NCBI GenBank assembly: GCA_965277285.1
Contig: OZ255721.1
Span: 2,240,001-2,304,000, forward strand
DNA from: Abditibacteriaceae bacterium
GTDB lineage: Bacteria; Armatimonadota; Abditibacteriia; Abditibacteriales; Abditibacteriaceae
Direction: 5' to 3'
Length of the DNA: 64,000 nucleotides
In this document: positions 60,293 through 64,000 of the stretch, piece after piece
How the letters are laid out: each line of letters begins with the position of its first letter
Position numbering within the stretch: position 1 is the first letter of the stretch
Program-made: the position numbers and the translations under genes
Notes under the pieces: generated by a model
The model's input: only the letters and a program-made list of their open reading frames with translations
What the model was told of the DNA's origin: nothing
Databases searched by the model: none

Positions 60293-61417
60293 ATGACATT
60301 TATAACAACGGTCACGGAAGATATTCTTAAGCAGGCTAAGATTCTCATTATTGATGATGAAAAAGCCAATGTGCGCCTTTTGGAGGTTATTCTTCAACAC
60401 GCGGGGTTTCCTCACGTTCATAGCACGACCGATTCTCGTCAGGCGCTGAGTCTTTTCCTGAGTGTCGAACCCGACCTTGTCCTCTTAGATTTGAGTATGC
60501 CGCACCTGGATGGCTTTGCTGTGATGCAACAATTGCCTCCGGAAATGATTAAAGCTGCCACGCCTATTTTAATACTCACAGCCGATGCTACGCGAGATAC
60601 GCGTCATAAGGCCTTGAAAAGCGGCGCCAAAGACTTTTTGACCAAGCCTTTGGATGAAAGTGAAGTGCTGCTTCGTATCAACAATCTGCTGGTCACGCGC
60701 TTTTATGGCCTGACCCTTGAAGCCCGAGTGCAGGAGCGCACGCGCGAGTTGGAAGAAGCACAAAATCAAAGTCTCGAGCATATGCGGCTTTTGGAAGACT
60801 CGCAGGCCGAGATGTTAGGTCGCTTGGCGCAAGCCGCCGAATACAGGGATGATGACACCGGCCACCACACTTATCGCGTCGGGCGCATTTCCGGTTTAGT
60901 GGCGAAATCGCTGGGTCTCCCCGATCATCAGGTCGATTTAATCCGTCGTGCGGCGCCGCTCCACGATGTCGGAAAGATCGGCATCTCAGACGCTATTTTG
61001 CTCAAGAAAGGGCCTCTCACGAGCGAAGAGTTCGTCAAGATGAAGACGCATACGCATATTGGAGCCAACCTGCTGGCAAACGGGCATTCAAAGCTTGTCA
61101 AAGTCGCTCATCTCATCGCTCTGACGCACCACGAGAGATGGGACGGCACCGGTTATCCGCGCCAATTGAAAGGGGAGCAAATTCCAATCGAAGGCCGCAT
61201 TGTGGCCATTGCGGATGTCTTCGACGCCCTGACGCACGAGCGACCTTACAAAAGAGCGTGGTCGATGAGCGAAGCCCTGGCTGAAATCGAAGGCCAAAGC
61301 GGTCGCCAGTTTGATGCACGTATCGTAAAGGCCTTGTTGACCTTGCCACCCCGAGAACTGACGCCAATCCACGAAGCTCTGGGCGAAACCAAGATCATTG
61401 ATGAAGCAAATCTTTAA
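60293..61417 (+). CDS. REC + HD-GYP response regulator (paralogue of 55989)
   Basis: [25 protein letters not shown]. Confidence 0.93.
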   Translation: MTFITTVTEDILKQAKILIIDDEKANVRLLEVILQHAGFPHVHSTTDSRQALSLFLSVEPDLVLLDLSMPHLDGFAVMQQLPPEMIKAATPILILTADATRDTRHKALKSGAKDFLTKPLDESEVLLRINNLLVTRFYGLTLEARVQERTRELEEAQNQSLEHMRLLEDSQAEMLGRLAQAAEYRDDDTGHHTYRVGRISGLVAKSLGLPDHQVDLIRRAAPLHDVGKIGISDAILLKKGPLTSEEFVKMKTHTHIGANLLANGHSKLVKVAHLIALTHHERWDGTGYPRQLKGEQIPIEGRIVAIADVFDALTHERPYKRAWSMSEALAEIEGQSGRQFDARIVKALLTLPPRELTPIHEALGETKIIDEANL

Positions 61418-61433
61418 CAATGACAGAAAAACA

Positions 61434-61495
61434 GAGGCACAGACGACAAAAGCGAACATCGAGTACTCGATGTTCGCTTTTGTCGTCTGTGCCTC
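61434..61495. repeat. Perfect 62-bp palindrome centred on the iterated motif; probable bidirectional terminator
   Basis: GAGGCACAGACGACAAAAGCGAACATCGAGT|ACTCGATGTTCGCTTTTGTCGTCTGTGCCTC, between convergent genes. Confidence 0.9.
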
Positions 61496-61611
61496 CAATC
61501 TATTTGAAATCGAAGCGCTTGTTTTAAAACTTTCATTCGTAGTCGACAGGACTCTCATTATAGAACGATCAACTTTACGATTCTGCCATGAAGAAAATCA
61601 AATAACAGAAC

Positions 61612-63174
61612 TCACTCTTTCATGGCGATTGCAACGCTGTGTCGTCCTGTCCATGTCGCCGGAATAAACGCCTTTTCGCTGGCTTGGCCATCAACGATGA
61701 CGCGAGTGATGCGCGTGCCTTGGCCTTGCAGGCTCACATCGAGAATTATGCCGCGATAATGTATGCCCTGAAGTTTGACCGCGCCCCATTCCGCAGGCAG
61801 GTTGGGCGTAAACCTCAAGCCGTTCGACTGGAAGTCCATCCCAAAGAGTCCTTGATAGATCATGCGCAGGTAAGCGGTGGCCGACCAGGTTTGATCGGGC
61901 TGCGAAGGCCAATGCCAACCCGACTGCCATCCGCCATCGGGTTTTCCGCTCAGGGGATTGTAGATTTCATAAAAGCTGTTCCCGTTATCGCGCGCTAAGA
62001 GTGCCAGGTTCTCGGTTTCATCACGGAATGTGGCCAGATCGCCCGACTTCGCTGCGGCGCAAGCCCACATACCATTCACGACCGGCCAGATGATAACGTT
62101 GTGACGACCTGGTTTGGCATCTGAATAACGCGGAAAATGAGGCCACTGTGCAGGGACGCCGTAATCAGTACGATGCGCGGTTTCGAGAATACTTTGTGCT
62201 TGTTTGTGGTCGGCCACTCCAAACAAAATCGCGTACGCCAGACCGATGCTTTCCTGTGTGTCGTCGCGCTTGCCCGTCAGCGGCCCTGCGCCATGAATGA
62301 AGTAGCCATAAGTCGATTTTTGAGAAATCCACAAGTGGCGGTTAATGGCAGTCTGCAAGGCGCCGGCTGCCTGGTTCCATCCCTGGATTTCGCGCATCGG
62401 GCGTTCCAACTGTTGTGCCATTTGCGCTGCGCTGCGATAAGCGCCGTAATAAACGCAATTGGTGCTGAGCGTCATCATGTCTTTGGTGTAATGATGGTCT
62501 AAAACGAAGCTGCTGTTGTTTTTGGGATCGTATTCCGGTTCGGGATAAGCGGCGATGCCGTCGGCAAAAAAAGCTGGTCCCCGGAACAATCCGTAAGCAT
62601 CGTTGAAGTGCTCGGCGCGCGTCAATTTCAGTTCGTCCTGCGCGACTCCGTAAGCGGTTTTGAGAAAATCTTCATCGCCCGTCACTTTGAAGTGGTTCCA
62701 CGCTGCGGGAATCCAGATAACTTTGTCCCACCATTGGTTATCGCGCTGCAGCACGATGCTGCCGTCCGCCTGCTTCTGGCAAACCGCCCACAAAGTATTG
62801 CGAGCCACGACAGGTTCGAGAAGCGAAGCGGCGTTCCAACTGTTGAGCGAGGCGTCGCGCGTCCATGGTTCGTCGTAACCGCCTCCGGCTTTGATAAAGA
62901 CAGCAGGCGCAGTCATCATTCCGGCCTTATTGTGGTTGTCCTTGGTGTCGGGAACGGTGTTGACACGCAGCAAGTTATCGAGAGCGCCCGCATAAGCTTT
63001 GCCGAGAGTGCCTTGAGCTAACCGATTTTGAAATTGCAACTCAGGTGCGTTCGCACTTCGAGCCATGGTTTGAGATACAACTGGACGCGTCATGCCCGCA
63101 AAAAGAATGGTTGTCAGCACAGCCACAAAAAGTGTCACTGATGATGAGCTGCAGGTTAGTTTTACGGTTTGCAC
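61612..63174 (-). CDS. Secreted (alpha/alpha)6 glycoside hydrolase (amylo-alpha-1,6-glucosidase/MGH1-like)
   Basis: PWTRDAS, RHNVIIWP, FYEIYNP, QTWSATAY, C-terminal beta domain. Confidence 0.8.
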   Translation of the reverse strand: MQTVKLTCSSSSVTLFVAVLTTILFAGMTRPVVSQTMARSANAPELQFQNRLAQGTLGKAYAGALDNLLRVNTVPDTKDNHNKAGMMTAPAVFIKAGGGYDEPWTRDASLNSWNAASLLEPVVARNTLWAVCQKQADGSIVLQRDNQWWDKVIWIPAAWNHFKVTGDEDFLKTAYGVAQDELKLTRAEHFNDAYGLFRGPAFFADGIAAYPEPEYDPKNNSSFVLDHHYTKDMMTLSTNCVYYGAYRSAAQMAQQLERPMREIQGWNQAAGALQTAINRHLWISQKSTYGYFIHGAGPLTGKRDDTQESIGLAYAILFGVADHKQAQSILETAHRTDYGVPAQWPHFPRYSDAKPGRHNVIIWPVVNGMWACAAAKSGDLATFRDETENLALLARDNGNSFYEIYNPLSGKPDGGWQSGWHWPSQPDQTWSATAYLRMIYQGLFGMDFQSNGLRFTPNLPAEWGAVKLQGIHYRGIILDVSLQGQGTRITRVIVDGQASEKAFIPATWTGRHSVAIAMKE

Positions 63175-63458
63175 TTTGATCCTGATTTATAAGAATTGCT
63201 TGGAAAACAATAGGTGGACTTGACACTCGAGTTCATAGAAAAGTAATACGCCCATTTTGCATTCTCGCTTGAGGGAAAGGAAATCAGATGTATTATTCTG
63301 CATTAAAATTCTTGCAAAAGTTAAAATTCGCCAGAACCAGAGACTGGAAGCCCATTATTCTGACGAGTGCCTTTTGGCAGATGCAGAATCTAAACTTGAA
63401 GTCAGGTTCTACGCACGACTTACGCGCTTTATGAAACAAAAAGACGTAACTGAAATAC

Positions 63459-63498
63459 AAAAAAGCAGGGAGCGCAAATAAGTCGCGCTCCCTGCTTT
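63459..63498 (-). terminator. Intrinsic terminator, third paralogue of the DUF1559 terminator
   Basis: Reverse complement AGCAGGGAGCGCGACTTATTTGCGCTCCCTGCTTTTTT. Confidence 0.75.
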
Positions 63499-63525
63499 CA
63501 TACCGCGAATGGCATGGCTGTGGCT

Positions 63526-64000
63526 TTATTGATACTTCTGCTGCAACGTGTTCAAGTTGGTTACAGAATCCGTATCAACATGCTCGCAGTTGATCCAGTT
63601 CGCTGAGTCGCCAGTGCTGCAGCCGTTTTCGTTGGTAAAGTTCATGCCATCGAGATAGCCCCACTGGTTGACAGGCGTCATGGTAGCGGTGGGTCGCATC
63701 GACTTGACATGACCGTCCGCATACAAGCAGTTAATCGTGCCCAAGTGTCCGGCGAAGAGTTCTTTATACCAAGCATCAACGCTGCCGCCAATTGTACTCC
63801 AGTTTAAGTTAGGAGCTTGTACGCGGCCAGCATTAGCACCGTAAGGATAGTTGCCCTCGGTGATCATAATTCGGGTGGTCGGCGCATTAACAGCCGCCAT
63901 GGAAATGGCTGGAATCGTCGTGTTATGATCATCTCCTTGAGTGACGTCCGCAATGATACGGGGGTTGGCCACGTAGGATGCCGGTATCGCGGGCAAGTTC
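63526..64000 (-). CDS. DUF1559 / H-X9-DG protein (3' part; continues beyond window)
   Basis: [30 protein letters not shown], closely similar to 35312-36160. Confidence 0.9.
   Translation of the reverse strand, partial: NLPAIPASYVANPRIIADVTQGDDHNTTIPAISMAAVNAPTTRIMITEGNYPYGANAGRVQAPNLNWSTIGGSVDAWYKELFAGHLGTINCLYADGHVKSMRPTATMTPVNQWGYLDGMNFTNENGCSTGDSANWINCEHVDTDSVTNLNTLQQKYQ

Larger units (their letters stand above)
1398..61469. repeat. Highly iterated dispersed palindrome CGAGTACTCG (extended consensus ATCGAGTACTCGAT), about 41 perfect copies
   Basis: 10-mer starts read by eye: 1398, 1610, 1987, 3265, 3282, 5777, 6925, 8747, 10365, 14765, 19336, 21277, 23790, 24714, 25510, 27084, 28034, 28896, 30477, 32022, 32913, 34897, 35097, 37465, 38157, 38680, 40253, 40839, 41717, 42669, 43225, 44003, 44751, 45045, 46388, 48790, 50439, 57661, 58497, 58992, 61460. 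One-mismatch copies lie near 4263, 7434, 9251, 11824, 20189, 22031, 30007, 33741, 49497. Confidence 0.97.

Noticed and set aside
1398..61469. Iterated palindrome as CRISPR repeats, integron attC sites or MITE ends
   Set aside because: Spacing is irregular, copies occur in-frame inside intact genes, flanks are not conserved, and there are no target duplications or attC core sites.

Overview
This is a moderately GC-rich bacterial chromosome segment. The DUF1559/H-X9-DG prepilin-like paralogues and overall gene style suggest Abditibacteriota/Armatimonadota (inference). Left to right it holds: a partial CSLREA/choice-of-anchor-Q surface protein; a tyrosine recombinase plus a DUF4160/DUF2442 toxin-antitoxin pair with a frameshifted toxin, bracketed by a 59-bp imperfect inverted repeat; a poly-HAMP hybrid kinase operon; a ricin-GH64 glucanase and an IS5 element; MacAB/TolC-type and RND exporters with very long adaptors; tandem DUF1559 genes; a PepSY/OmpR/sensor kinase unit; an 11-kb glycosyltransferase/kinase/nucleotidyltransferase/PqqD cluster; a broken multi-PAS kinase with a c-di-GMP module; and a glycoside hydrolase. 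Two signals stand out. (1) A highly iterated palindrome, CGAGTACTCG (often ATCGAGTACTCGAT), occurs about 41 times as a perfect 10-mer by manual count. It sits both in genes (all three frames: IEYS, SSTR, RVLD/E) and just upstream of start codons, and is missing from apparently foreign segments. (2) A RiPP-like locus has a stand-alone PqqD/RRE, a 64-aa peptide carrying a YxxPxL recognition motif, an RRE-fused GT2, an HPr-kinase-like enzyme and a nucleotidyltransferase, but no lasso cyclase or protease in the window. All counts and alignments were made by eye.
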